A stretch of 61,591 nt of DNA, filler included, from Choristocarpus tenellus KU-1152 (taxonomy: Eukaryota; Protista; Phaeophyceae): the NCBI GenBank assembly GCA_964200185.2. It is 10 parts of 10 records of this genome, joined end to end, with 100 filler letters (N's around TTAATTAATTAA, not from the genome) between each part and the next. Parts side by side here need not be neighbours in the genome. Positions count along the whole stretch, not along the records: positions 9,089 to 14,745 come from CAXNAD020010106.1; positions 14,846 to 18,094 come from CAXNAD020021271.1; positions 18,195 to 23,451 come from CAXNAD020011341.1; 7 more parts are not named here. The stretch is one strand, 5' to 3'. The notes under the pieces were generated by a model. It saw nothing but the letters and a program-made list of their open reading frames with translations, ran no database searches and was not told where the DNA came from. Positions 10,803 through 21,670 of this stretch are shown in pieces (within the stretch, counting starts at the first letter, position 1; every line of letters begins with the position of its first letter). Position numbers and translations under genes: made by a program.

Positions 10803-13509
10803 GTCCGGCTGCCCCCCTCAACAGTGAAGCTCTACGATGAGGCAGTCTCTTTCTGGATGGATCTTAGGAAGGAACTGGAACAGGCAGCCAAGGTCTGTGG
10901 ACTGGAGGGAAAGTGCTCCGTGGACAAATGCAAGGACGGACACGCCTGCTCACCGGTGAATAAGAGTTAGTACTAGTGTTAGGGTTAGGGTTCTCGTAAG
11001 CCACTTGCTATTAGAGCCAGGGCTTAGGTTGTGACAAGGTGGTTGGGATTACACATCGAACCACATCCTATTTATAAATAGAACTGCTCTGGTAATAGGG
11101 TTGGGGCTAGGGTTAGGGAATTTCAAGTACAACGGCAGACGTACCTGCTGATGAGTTGTCACAAGTGTGCATGCAATTGATAGGGTTAGGGTTGTGCTTC
11201 TCTTGCATAGTGGGCTTAGGGTTAGAGTTAGGGTTATGCATTGCACTTGGTCCTTGGAGTGGTCTAGAGGATAGGGTCGGGGCTAGCATTTGTAGCTTGT
11301 AGTTTTTGTTAGGGATAGGGTTAGCGTGGTTGTACATTATGTGTCATGGTAGTCTAGTTTGGGTATGTAGGAGATGTGGCTCAGTTGGTTAGCGCGTAGG
11401 TCTCATAAGCCTAAGGTCGAGAGTTCGGGCCTCTCCATCTCCACTTTTTCTTGCCGAGCCAAGACGTACATATGAATTTTTGTTGTTGATGTACACATGT
11501 TCCTACAATATATTTCATACGCACTGACCTTAACACGTGACTGTACCATTCGATACAACGTGGCTGAAATATTTCTTTCAAACTCACACGCACACGCACA
11601 CACATACCGTACTAACCCTAAGATGCACTGTTAATACCGTTGATAATAATATGTGTTGGTTTCAGATGCGCATGTTCTGGGGTCAACAGCAACGATTCTT
11701 CAAGGAGGTGGCCAACTCTGCCAAGGTCAAGTTTGTAGTGGAACAGGCCAAGGAGGCATTATCAAAGGGCATGAGTGTGGTGGTGGGGCTGCAAACCACG
11801 GGGGAGAGTGGCATGGACAAGGTCAGACCTAACAACCCGAATATATTGATAGTGAGTACTACATATACATACATAAGATTAGGGTTTGGGGTTAGAGTTT
11901 GTATCCACAGCCCTAACTCAGTAGTTTTAAATTATCCTAACCTTACCTCTCTGAAAATATATTCTCCATGTAAGTGTAAGAAGTAGCAGAGTGCTGGCAT
12001 AGTGTTGTTAACCGGTTAAGGCACACAATATTCTCAGAACTTCAACCCTAATAAATGTCAAAATTGAATTGCATCTAAGGAATGCACGTTGTTACAAAGC
12101 GAAGTATATTCTTTTGTTGAATTTTTCATCACTCCTTACTAGTGTCAGGTGTGTTGATTGGTTCTTATGGCATTATACAATTGACTGTTACTCACCTTAT
12201 GATTTTGTTTTCACAAACAATTGGTAGTGGAATCCCAAACCTTTGGTGAGGTGTGCAGGGTAATTGCCTCGGTCGTGCTCCTCTGGTGAAAACTAGTACT
12301 TTTGTTTTTTTAGTTTTATTTTCTTCATATGCCAGGAGGAATACCTCATGACAGGTGTGAGTATCCTTGACTTTGCTACTAGTGAAAGCTGCAACCATCA
12401 GTGGTTGACAGGGTAGCATTGACAAGACTCTCTGATGTATAGCCCACGCCCCAGTCATCAGTATTTACTCAAGTACCCCTAACCCTTTGCTTTGAATTAT
12501 ATCTGTGTAATACTTCATACTATTATATGCAATATTGTAATAACCAGGGCGTGAGCAAAATGGACAAGTTGTTTATGAGAACCTACCAACTCCTGAACCC
12601 TAAAAGCCTAACCTCAACATAATCCCTCTTATAGTGTGGAGTATGTACAAAACTATCCCAAAGTGCAACGCATTCCGTAAAGGGCTAGGGTTGAAAATGA
12701 GTGCCAAACCTAAAAGAGATGAAATTCACTGCCAAATTTCAACAACCCTTGTTTGAAGTTCTATTTCATCTACATTGGATTGATATGTACTAAAACAATA
12801 CAAAGTATGCTGCTGTGTTCGTTATGTGCTTTTGCTCTTTCTACGATACTCTGTGACAACATGCAAAATGACAGAGGACACGATTTATTTTTCAAGTTGT
12901 GTATACCAGCACTATACAAAATCGTAGTTTAGGTTCGGCAAGAAAAAGCGGAGATGGAGAAGCTCGAACTCTCGACCTTAGGCTTATGAGACCTACGCGC
13001 TAACCAACTGAGCCACATCTCCTACATACACTACGTAGGCACGTAAGTATATATAAATGTCAAATATGTCTAATGTACTAGTGTGAAGGTACACCCCTTT
13101 ATTCATATAGCAAAGTTACGAATTACATTACTTCAAGTACAAGTGCATGATGGAGAATCGTCGTTGCTAATAATGTGACCCTAACATTATCCCTAATTCT
13201 AAACCTACTGAAGGTATATGTGTACATAATACACTGTGTTTGGATCAGGTTTAGGGTTTGGCTTAGGCATGGTGGAACAACATGGTGGAACAACAACAAC
13301 AACATGGTGACCAGCTGGTGCTTCCCACAAGCTCCTTGGGTCCTACCTGCAATTTCATGACAATAATTCGAGAGTGTTTGTAGGCAAGATTTGTGTATCA
13401 ATGCCAATACTGGTGTCAACAAGATGCATTTGGGACAGTGTTTATTACATAGAGACACACATACTTAGGGTTAGGGTTAGGGTTACAGTAGATAGTCAAT
13501 ATCTCACAT

Positions 13510-13544
<35 letters not shown>

Positions 13545-13694
13545 CACACAAATCCAATGATTGACCTAGTTTTGTTTATCTTTGTGATGGTATGATGATG
13601 GTAATGGTGATTCAAGGCAATGATGGACATGGGCAAGAAACCGGGTGATCACATCACAGAGGTTATCAGTGCAGCACGTTACGGGACTGCAGCG
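10803..13694 (+). CDS. SBNO: Strawberry notch (SBNO/FORGETTER1-like helicase-fold protein); internal exons
   Basis: Phase-0 exons 10803-10955 (VRLPPSTVKLYDEAVSFWMDLRKELEQAAK...), 11666-11821 (MRMFWGQQQRFFKEVANSAKVKFVVEQAKEALSKGMSVVVGLQTTGESGMDK) and 13617-13694 (AMMDMGKKPGDHITEVISAARYGTAA; weaker AAG acceptor). Matches the SBNO signature FWSAHQRFFKxLCIAxKV...GKCVVIGLQSTGE. A TACTAAC branch point lies at about 11610. Confidence 0.88.
11370..11443 (+). tRNA. tRNA-Met (CAT), elongator type, intronic; T-loop A58G (may be a pseudogene)
   Basis: Cloverleaf with GGAGATG/CATCTCC acceptor stem, anticodon arm TAGGT-CTCATAA-GCCTA (CAT at 11404-11406), T arm GAGAG-TTCGGGC-CTCTC, followed by a TTTTT Pol III terminator. 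Confidence 0.85.
12949..13022 (-). tRNA. tRNA-Met (CAT), second intronic copy, inverted; C61T and G discriminator (may be a pseudogene)
   Basis: Reverse complement is 71/74 identical to 11370-11443, with the same T-run downstream. Confidence 0.82.
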
Positions 13695-14645
13695 GTGAGA
13701 ATAAAGGGATAGGGTTAGGGATTAGGGTTAGGGATTAGGGACTGTGCGGAAGAAATGCCTGATCTTTGTTCAAACTACTTTTTTAATTTATTAGTATGTG
13801 TGCTGTTCAATGAAGTATCAGTGCTTTTATTTTTGAAGCGCTTTGGCAATGACCTTATAAAATTATTGATTTTGATGTCATTGTTTGGTTCAGTCTTTAT
13901 TTTATGAATAGTATCAGGAGTGAGGGTTAGGGAAAGGTCTATCTGTAGTGACAGGAGTGACAGTATCTACCCTAACCCAAACCCTAAGAGCTGCCGCAAT
14001 TTTATCTTAACTGAATTCTTTGTTCTCTGAGTTAGAGTCAGGGTTAGGGTTTGACTTTGAGTAGATCAGATGCATCTATATGAATATATGAACATAATTG
14101 AGACAAAGTAAAACCCCATTTGAGATAGGATTTGTAGTGTATAGCTCTAGAAAGTCACAAGTGCCCCACGTACTATAAACATAAAACACACAGCTGTGAT
14201 TTAGAGAGATATGTTCCTATTTCCTATATTTTTTCAAGGTAGCTGTACTTTTCTTCTGGTCTATGTGGTTTGAGAAGGTCCAAGATGTAGCATAGACAAA
14301 CTGCCCCACTTGAACAAAAGGTTGCCACTACTGTGCACATGTATCCATACCATAGAAATAGAACAAGTGAGTCCAATCAAGTATAAAATACATGTATTGT
14401 CTGCAACTAAACAATATAAAAAGTGTTCATGTAGTGTAAACTGATCCAACTGTGGACCCAACCCCATCCCCAATCCCACTCATCAACAAATATACATCCT
14501 ATCCATTTTATGTATGAAAATGCATTATATTTCAGTTCATAAGGTCGTCCTTTCCTACCAGGACCAGGCCAACGACCCTGCATGTGGCTACAGACAGCGA
14601 AATTGAGCAGAGTGTTGTCATTCAACTGCAGGTCAGTGGGAGCAT

Positions 14646-14745
14646 CATCCCCGAGAGGGAGAGGGTTAGGGTTAGGGTTAGTCATCCCCGAGAGGGAGAG
14701 GGTTAGGGTTAGGGTTAGTCATCCCCGAGAGGGAGAGGGTTAGGG
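14646..14745 (+). repeat. 37-bp tandem repeat containing TTAGGG telomere-type repeats, at a contig end
   Basis: Unit CATCCCCGAGAGGGAGAGGGTTAGGGTTAGGGTTAGT, about 2.7 copies. Confidence 0.85.
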
Positions 14746-15123
14746 NNNNNNNNNNNNNNNNNNNNNNNNNNNNNNNNNNNNNNNNNNNNTTAATTAATTA
14801 ANNNNNNNNNNNNNNNNNNNNNNNNNNNNNNNNNNNNNNNNNNNNTTTCCTATGTGCTCAATTTAGACTTCAAAAAAAAAAAACACCTTGAAATGCGTAA
14901 ATAGTAAGGAAATATTGATCACACACATGCCTTGTGAGATTCTCAATATAAATTTATAAATTCGAACATGTTCTTCATTCTGAACGAAGTAGAATACTAT
15001 GTTACAGTGAACGATGTGAAAAAGGAGGGCCAAGTCAACAGACGTGGTGGGACCGTCGACTGGCATACCATCTGAGCCAAGGCAATTAAGAAGTAGGCAA
15101 GGTTGCGTTTTAAGGGTACCAAG

Positions 15124-15384
15124 AAGTGAAAGTATCTTAGAGGGTACGAGTTTTGCCCTGTTCGTCCATTTGGAGCTTGGCTTCCCATGGTTTCTTTTAT
15201 ATAACATTTTCCTACTCCAAAATGGTTCAGAGTAGGTAAAATGTGTACATTACGAAAAGGTGTGTCTGGAACAGGGATATTGACACTTCCTAACAAACAC
15301 GATAGCCAAAATCACATCAAAATCGCAACATCGGATTTTGGTCTCCAAATGGACACGGCTCTACCCTCCAAGATACCTTGGCTC
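15124..15384 (+). mobile_element. MITE family A (about 260 bp)
   Basis: TIRs (G/A)AGTGAAAGTATCTTAGAGGGTA ... TACCCTCCAAGATACCTTGGCTC; AAG on both flanks; 4 copies in window. Confidence 0.8.
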
Positions 15385-15709
15385 AAGAAAGGGCAAAAAT
15401 ACTCCAGTGTGTAATTTTGTACTGTTCCAGAAAAGCCTTGGCTGAATTGTGTGATGTCGCTTTAGTAAGTGGAGGGGGGGGATTCTCAATTTTGTTGACA
15501 GCACATAAAGCAATTAAAGAGGAGTTGCACAGGGTAAAGAAAGATGACTTAGAATGCAAAAGGGTCCAACCTGGCTACCTCTCGATTGGTTTGAATCTTC
15601 TGATCCCAGTTATTATCAGTATCTTCATTTTTCCATTAGTATGATTGGTATGATCAGGGGCACATGGTGATATATGAAGAATAGAACAGCCGTTGTGGAA
15701 AGCTCTTGG

Positions 15710-15967
15710 GAGTGAAAGTATCTTAGAGGGTACGAGTTTTGTCCTGTTTGTCCATTTGGTGGTTGACTTCCCATGGGGTTGTTTAGGACTTTTTCCTACT
15801 CCAAATGTTTCAGAGTAGGTAAAATGTGTATGTTATCAAAAGTTGTGTTTGGAACAAGGATATTGACGCTTCCTAACAAACACGATAGCCAAAATTACAT
15901 CCAAATCACAACATTGGATTTTGGTTCCCAAATGGACGCGGCCCTACCCTCTAAGATACTTTGGCTC
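15710..15967 (+). mobile_element. MITE family A
   Basis: Same TIRs and interior; flanked by TTGG/TTGG (4-bp TSD). Confidence 0.82.
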
Positions 15968-16769
15968 TTGGGGGTTCTCCCTCTCAACTATATGCACAAT
16001 CGTGGCCTTCGTCTCAAGGAGTTGCCTTTTTATGCCGACACGTCTCAGCCTGGTGTACCAGACGAACGCAAAGGAGAGTGTGTAGAAGTTGAATGGGGCA
16101 GAGTGTCATGTTGTGAAGAGGTTTTGTTGTTGTGGGACTTGCTTTGCTACGTTGGGGATCCTGTCCTCTGTCCGTTTTTAATTTGGAACAAGAGCGTGTA
16201 TAGAACTATAGGACTATGTTTTTACATAGGAAATTTAAAAAATCAGTCCGGTTTCGACATTCTTCATATTAGGGATATCATCAGGAGAAGTTTTCGTAAA
16301 AGTTCTGATTTCTCAAAAAATGGGCAATACGCCAAGGAAAAGTTTCCAGTGCCAATGATTCAAAGTAAACGAGAGGTATCCAGAGTTCCATTTGAGGACG
16401 TTGATAATTATGCGTAAAATTCGTTTGCTTTTTCAATTGTGAACAGGATGTTTTCTGAATTGTGTCGAAATTTCCCAAACAACAGAGAAATCAATATTCT
16501 CAGGTGAAACTTGTCACTTCACTCATAGAAATATGGGTGAATTGTGAAAGATTAGAAAACTGCCTTAAAATACAAAGCGGGCAAAACTGGGGTACCTCTA
16601 GTTTACTTTATGCCTCTCCCCTCCATACTTTTTTAGATTTCTATTATTTTGACTACTTTGCAAATATTATATATATATATATATTTATATGAGCTGACAG
16701 GTAAAAGGAGGGAACGGGGTAGGGGGGGACTTTCAATATGTAACATAGTTTGAAATATAATCCACCACT

Positions 16770-17075
16770 TCGCATCTGGTCATAGTTCACACTGCTTCTT
16801 AGCACCTTGTCCGTTAATCTCAACTCTCTTAGTGCTCAAGTCCTCAGTCATTGACCCGCATCCACAGCCCTCGCTCAATGGACCAACAACGTGGGAGGTG
16901 ACGGAAGTACTCCAGGCAATGGGGATTGGGAAGACTGTGGATGCCGACAATTTTACCATTTCACCTCCTAAAACGTTGCCTAAACAGGAGGACGTGGTTA
17001 TCCTTGAGGGTTTCCATAGCAATTATTGTGTAAACTGCATCGGACCAGGAGGTTGTCCCTCAGATCTAGACGGAC
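16770..17075 (+). pseudogene. Degenerate non-LTR retrotransposon (RTE-like LINE) fragment, region just upstream of the RT core
   Basis: Frameshifted pieces SLNGPTTWEVTEVLQAMGIGKTVDADNF / LLKRCL / ILEGFHS / VVPQI follow the LINE pattern PTxxEVxxALxxMxNGKAVGPD-LPxELLK-ILxxFH-VPQxW. Confidence 0.6.
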
Positions 17076-18943
17076 ATAGTGTTCACCATATATGTTACAG
17101 CGCGCCCCCCAGAACTCACTTCCACAGGATATGCAACTCAATGACCTTAAAACAATGCTTCTCGGGGGTTCACAGATGATGACCACATGCAGTGTCAGTT
17201 GATGCTTAGCTCAGTCAATGTCTCGCTTTTGACTTTATCAAAAGAAGTAAGGATCAAAGAACTGAGGGTGTGGTCCTCAGCACTCAGCCTTTTATTAACA
17301 TCATTCACCATTTTTCTACAGCCAAAGAGTTAAATGAAGTCTGCAACTGCTGTGTAAATACTGCAATCATAAATCTTTATTCTGCAACTTTCAGGAACTG
17401 ACATCTCCTATCAATTCAAAGTCCCTCTTATATGAATTCTTAATTATGTGCTTCGTCTGCAATGGACGTCCCACGCATCAAAAGACAGCTCTTACAGGTC
17501 CGTTGAGACGACGTTACGACAACTGAGTGGTTCATATTTCGGTGAGAGAATGCACCCTTTTTGGATGGCCAGCCGAAACTCGTGGCAAAGGTTGACATGT
17601 GTTGGGGTTCTTTTAACGAGAAAGTTGTGACGCGGAAGGCTGCGGCTATAGCCTAGCTTTCCACTATCAAGTGTATACGGTAGACTTGCGGATGCCTCAT
17701 ATATGTAAAGCTCTTTAGAGGGGGATATAGAGGTGAAGATCAACTCATTGGTTTGTACTAACGAGCCCAACTCTCCTACCCGTATCAAATTATCCTTTGT
17801 TCTCTATTATATATAATATTGTATTTTTTCTTTATAGATTAGAAGTTAAATTCACCCACTAAGATTTTCGCAGAGTAATCCTTTGGGGCACGAGATAATA
17901 AACCGTCGAATTAAACCATAACAGATGTGGAAGGCATGTTTGCCTGTTATTATACCGTTATTGCCCTATGTCATATACCGTTATACTGGGGTACCGATTG
18001 ACGTTCCTAGTCAAGAGTCCATGATTTCACTGACGGACTTTTTTCCATTAGAATGAAACCATGAAAGTTCTTCATGTGACCAATCCCATAGACTNNNNNN
18101 NNNNNNNNNNNNNNNNNNNNNNNNNNNNNNNNNNNNNNTTAATTAATTAANNNNNNNNNNNNNNNNNNNNNNNNNNNNNNNNNNNNNNNNNNNNCTCTTA
18201 TCCCCCCCTCCCCCTCCCCCTGAATGATATTACCATTATTATATTATAATAATAATGATGATGATGATGATGATAATAATAATAATAATAATAATATTTT
18301 TCTAAAAAATAGTATGTAAACGCTTCTGTTTCGAAGTGTGCAAAAAATAAATTATTGTCGAGAAGGCCGGTTGAAGAAGGCCATGCGCTGATGCAGAGGT
18401 CAAAAACATGGGGTGGCGAGTTGTATGTAAAGCATAGCACACAACACACACTGTGTCACAGTCCCAAGCATTCCATTATTGCGCAGTGCCCCTAATTCAA
18501 ACCTTCCATGAGCTCCAAGCAGCGAGAGCGAACCCGGATCCTTCCCAACTCCACTGTTACCAACCCCTTCCCTACAGACATCTGCCCCACCCGCATTTGC
18601 CCATTTCTAAAATTGGGGGAGGGGAGTTGATTGATGTAATACCCAGTGAGGTTAAAATAATAAAATAATGGACAACATGCAACGCAGAAGGCGCAAGGTA
18701 GATGGAGGGGCTATCTTTAACCTATTGGTGCCAGTCAAGGCAATGACAATCTACTTGGAAACACAGTTTCACTAAAAACCAAAGATGTGAAAATCTTGAC
18801 AGAAAAAATCTTGCCCCCCCCCCCACCTGCTCCGAAGCTCTAACCTTGTCTGCCTGCCTTGCCTACATGCATCAGACAGTCAACATCAGAATATTGAGAC
18901 ACCAATATTGGAGAAGGCCATACTAAAATGTTGAAATCTAATT

Positions 18944-21670
18944 TCAGGTATATAGATATATATATATATCCAAGGGTTTCCACACATTCATGGAGGCGTA
19001 ACTATCCTTGCCTGCCCACCAAGCTAGCATATCTCTCTCACAGCTAGCCCCTGATATCTTTGTCCAAAGATGGACACAATGGCTGTTGCTCAATCCGAAT
19101 GCAACTATAGAAGGTGTAGAGCCAGCTGAATAACCAAAAAATCCCCCAAGTAATATACTTTTTCGATGCATTTCTGATTCTGAAAAGAAAAACATGGCTG
19201 CTCTTATATGCTGCAGATTTACCGCAGCTAGTCACACAGTCTGTCTCAGTGTGTATTTGGTGAGTCCCTTGACTTAACTTACACACCCAACGGTTGGGCT
19301 CATGGTTGATTAACCACTCTGATGCTGACAAAATCTACGCACTCCCTCTCAATACCACGGAATTTCCTGAGGATATCCTGTGCTGTGCACTTGGTCAACA
19401 AACTCTTCCATGAATCCTATAGCGCTAAAATTAGCATGATTTCCTACGTGCTAATACACAACATTTTCACCAGCTCGTTTGCTCATGCATTCTACTATGC
19501 AATGACCATTATATATCGAAAAGGGCTGTTCATTTGGTCCCTTCTGCTGCCCAAGTGGTCAAGTCAGCCCTCACCATGGAGGAATACATTCAAGGTCATC
19601 AAACGTGGCAAACTATTTGAAAGAGGATCATCGATCAGTGCAATCAGTGCAATCAAAGCCCACTGATCAGTACGTCAACGCGATCAAATGCATGTACAGT
19701 TTTGAGTCCTTTTCTCTTTCTTTCACTCACAAAACTCCTAGATGGACAACCCGAAAAACAACAATGAAAAACCAGTGCCACACACACTAACAAAGCACAC
19801 TAACAAAGCACAGAAACACAACACGTTTCAGGAGGAGGAACAGGTCCAGGAGGACACGCACCATTTGAAGTGTCGCAGGAGACAGCCATACATGCAAAAC
19901 TACCTCTACAGAAGGATCAACCGAAATGTATCTGGGCAAGATGTATCAATCAGTAAGATCACCAAGGCATTTCAAACGATTGCCGCACTCAACGGAGATG
20001 GCAATTGAGGTTATGTGACCAAATAGGTGCAAATGCCTTCTTGGTGGTGGCTAAATGGGACCGTTGTCGAGCTCTTCAAAGAGGTACTACTACAGACAGT
20101 TCAATTTTCAGCATCGTAACCCCTGTTTAAGTATGTCAGAACAAAAGAAATTTTGCTTATTGCACAATACTACAAGCAAGCTCGTGGAAGTACATCCGAT
20201 TCGATTCAGTGCTACTGTCAAAACAGGGGTGCTGTACATAAAACTGCATCGTGCTGCAGCAGCATGAGTGCTAGGAAAGTATTTATAGGTTGGCCGCATG
20301 CAAGGGTGCCCGAGAAATCACTCTCATGGGCATTTCACAAGGTCGAGATATGCAGGTGGCAGAAGATAGTCAACGAAATAGCGCAAAATGTGTTGGTCTG
20401 TATCAGAGAATAATCTCCAACAAGCTCACCTTGGCTGAGAACATCGATTGACTCAAGAAGCTGCTGGGTGTGCACCTTCTCGAAAATGTCTATATCATCG
20501 AGAGTAAATTCCTTGCGATGAGATCGCCTTTTTAGTGAGACAACTGACACACTGCATTATTGCCCCCACAAGAACAGGGAATCGTGGAGTGGTTAGCGAT
20601 GTGGGTAAGTGGGTGAAATTTCCATTGAAGGTTCCTATGGTCGAGACGAAAACAAGTCGGTATTATTCACATGAGCTCTAGAACTGATTACGAAAAGGGA
20701 AAGCATGCCTTGATTTCATTTCTTTCTTTTGTTGCTAACAATTCCGAAGGGTAAAGTGGTCAATGATTGTGGGAAGGTGTCACAGGCATATAGGCATGGC
20801 GGGTGAAGATGGGAAAAAAGCAGAAGTAAAGCGCACCGCAAAAAACTGTGCCAATTTGTAGAGAGACACGGTTGTGGGAAGATCGAAAAAGGACACCGTA
20901 AATAGTGTTCATAGTACACTACAAGTATTTTACCTACGACGCCAAACAGACTGTCAGTGTAACCTTTACACACGAGAAAAACAAAACATCGAAGTAAGAC
21001 TACGATATTGATGGGAGGGGTGGAAGAGGGGTAGCCAATGTAGTGATATCGCCAAATAGTGATCCTTTTTTTGATCTATGTATCGACAGATTGACTATGG
21101 GGACCAAACCACTCACTCCTCGGCCTGCACAAACAGGACTGTTGTCTCGACGTTGATATTTATCCTCCCCGATGCCGTCTTTCCCATCCCAACATGAAGG
21201 AGTATTGGTACTCCATGAGACTGAGGGAATAGGGACAGACTGCTGGAGGTGAGGGTGTGTTGGTAGGAGTTGTGATGGCGTGATCAATCTTTGTGGAAGC
21301 GTTCAAAACCACGCTACTGTCGGTTCATCACCTCTACCCTATACATGATCGGGAAAGGGTTAGTGTAACATTCTAGATTTGCTGCGATTTGTGGTGTACA
21401 GGTAAATCGTAGCCCTGGTTGAATCCAGCGGTCCACTTTTTATGCATCTCTACCTCTACTTGAGACAACGACCACCTCAGTTATTATCTTAACCAAACAA
21501 TCCGCTTCAAGCAGAAGAGTGGAACAACATAGGTCAATGTTGGGATATATTCGAACCTTCAGCTTGGAGGTGAAGTGACTCAGAGGCAACGGCGATTCAG
21601 ACAAGTATAAGCATTTGCGATTCTCCTGTTGTGATTGGTGTCTCGACTCTGTAGTACTTGTATAGGACAT
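18944..21670 (-). CDS. Putative multi-exon gene, possibly a PH-like domain protein
   Basis: Four phase-compatible exons, 21557-21670, 21117-21220, 20430-20551 and one starting at 19179 (3' boundary uncertain), give MSYT...HFTSKLKSHGVPILLHVGMGKTASGRININVETTVLFVQAEDVSVVSLKRRSHRKEFTLDDIDIFEKV...SILLGGFFGYSAGSTPSIVAFGLSNSHCVHLWTKI. Beta-rich with a terminal Trp-containing helix, as in PH folds (inference). Confidence 0.45.

Noticed and set aside
15773-16417. 214-aa ORF
   Set aside because: It starts inside a MITE and has no recognisable protein features; probably a chance open frame.
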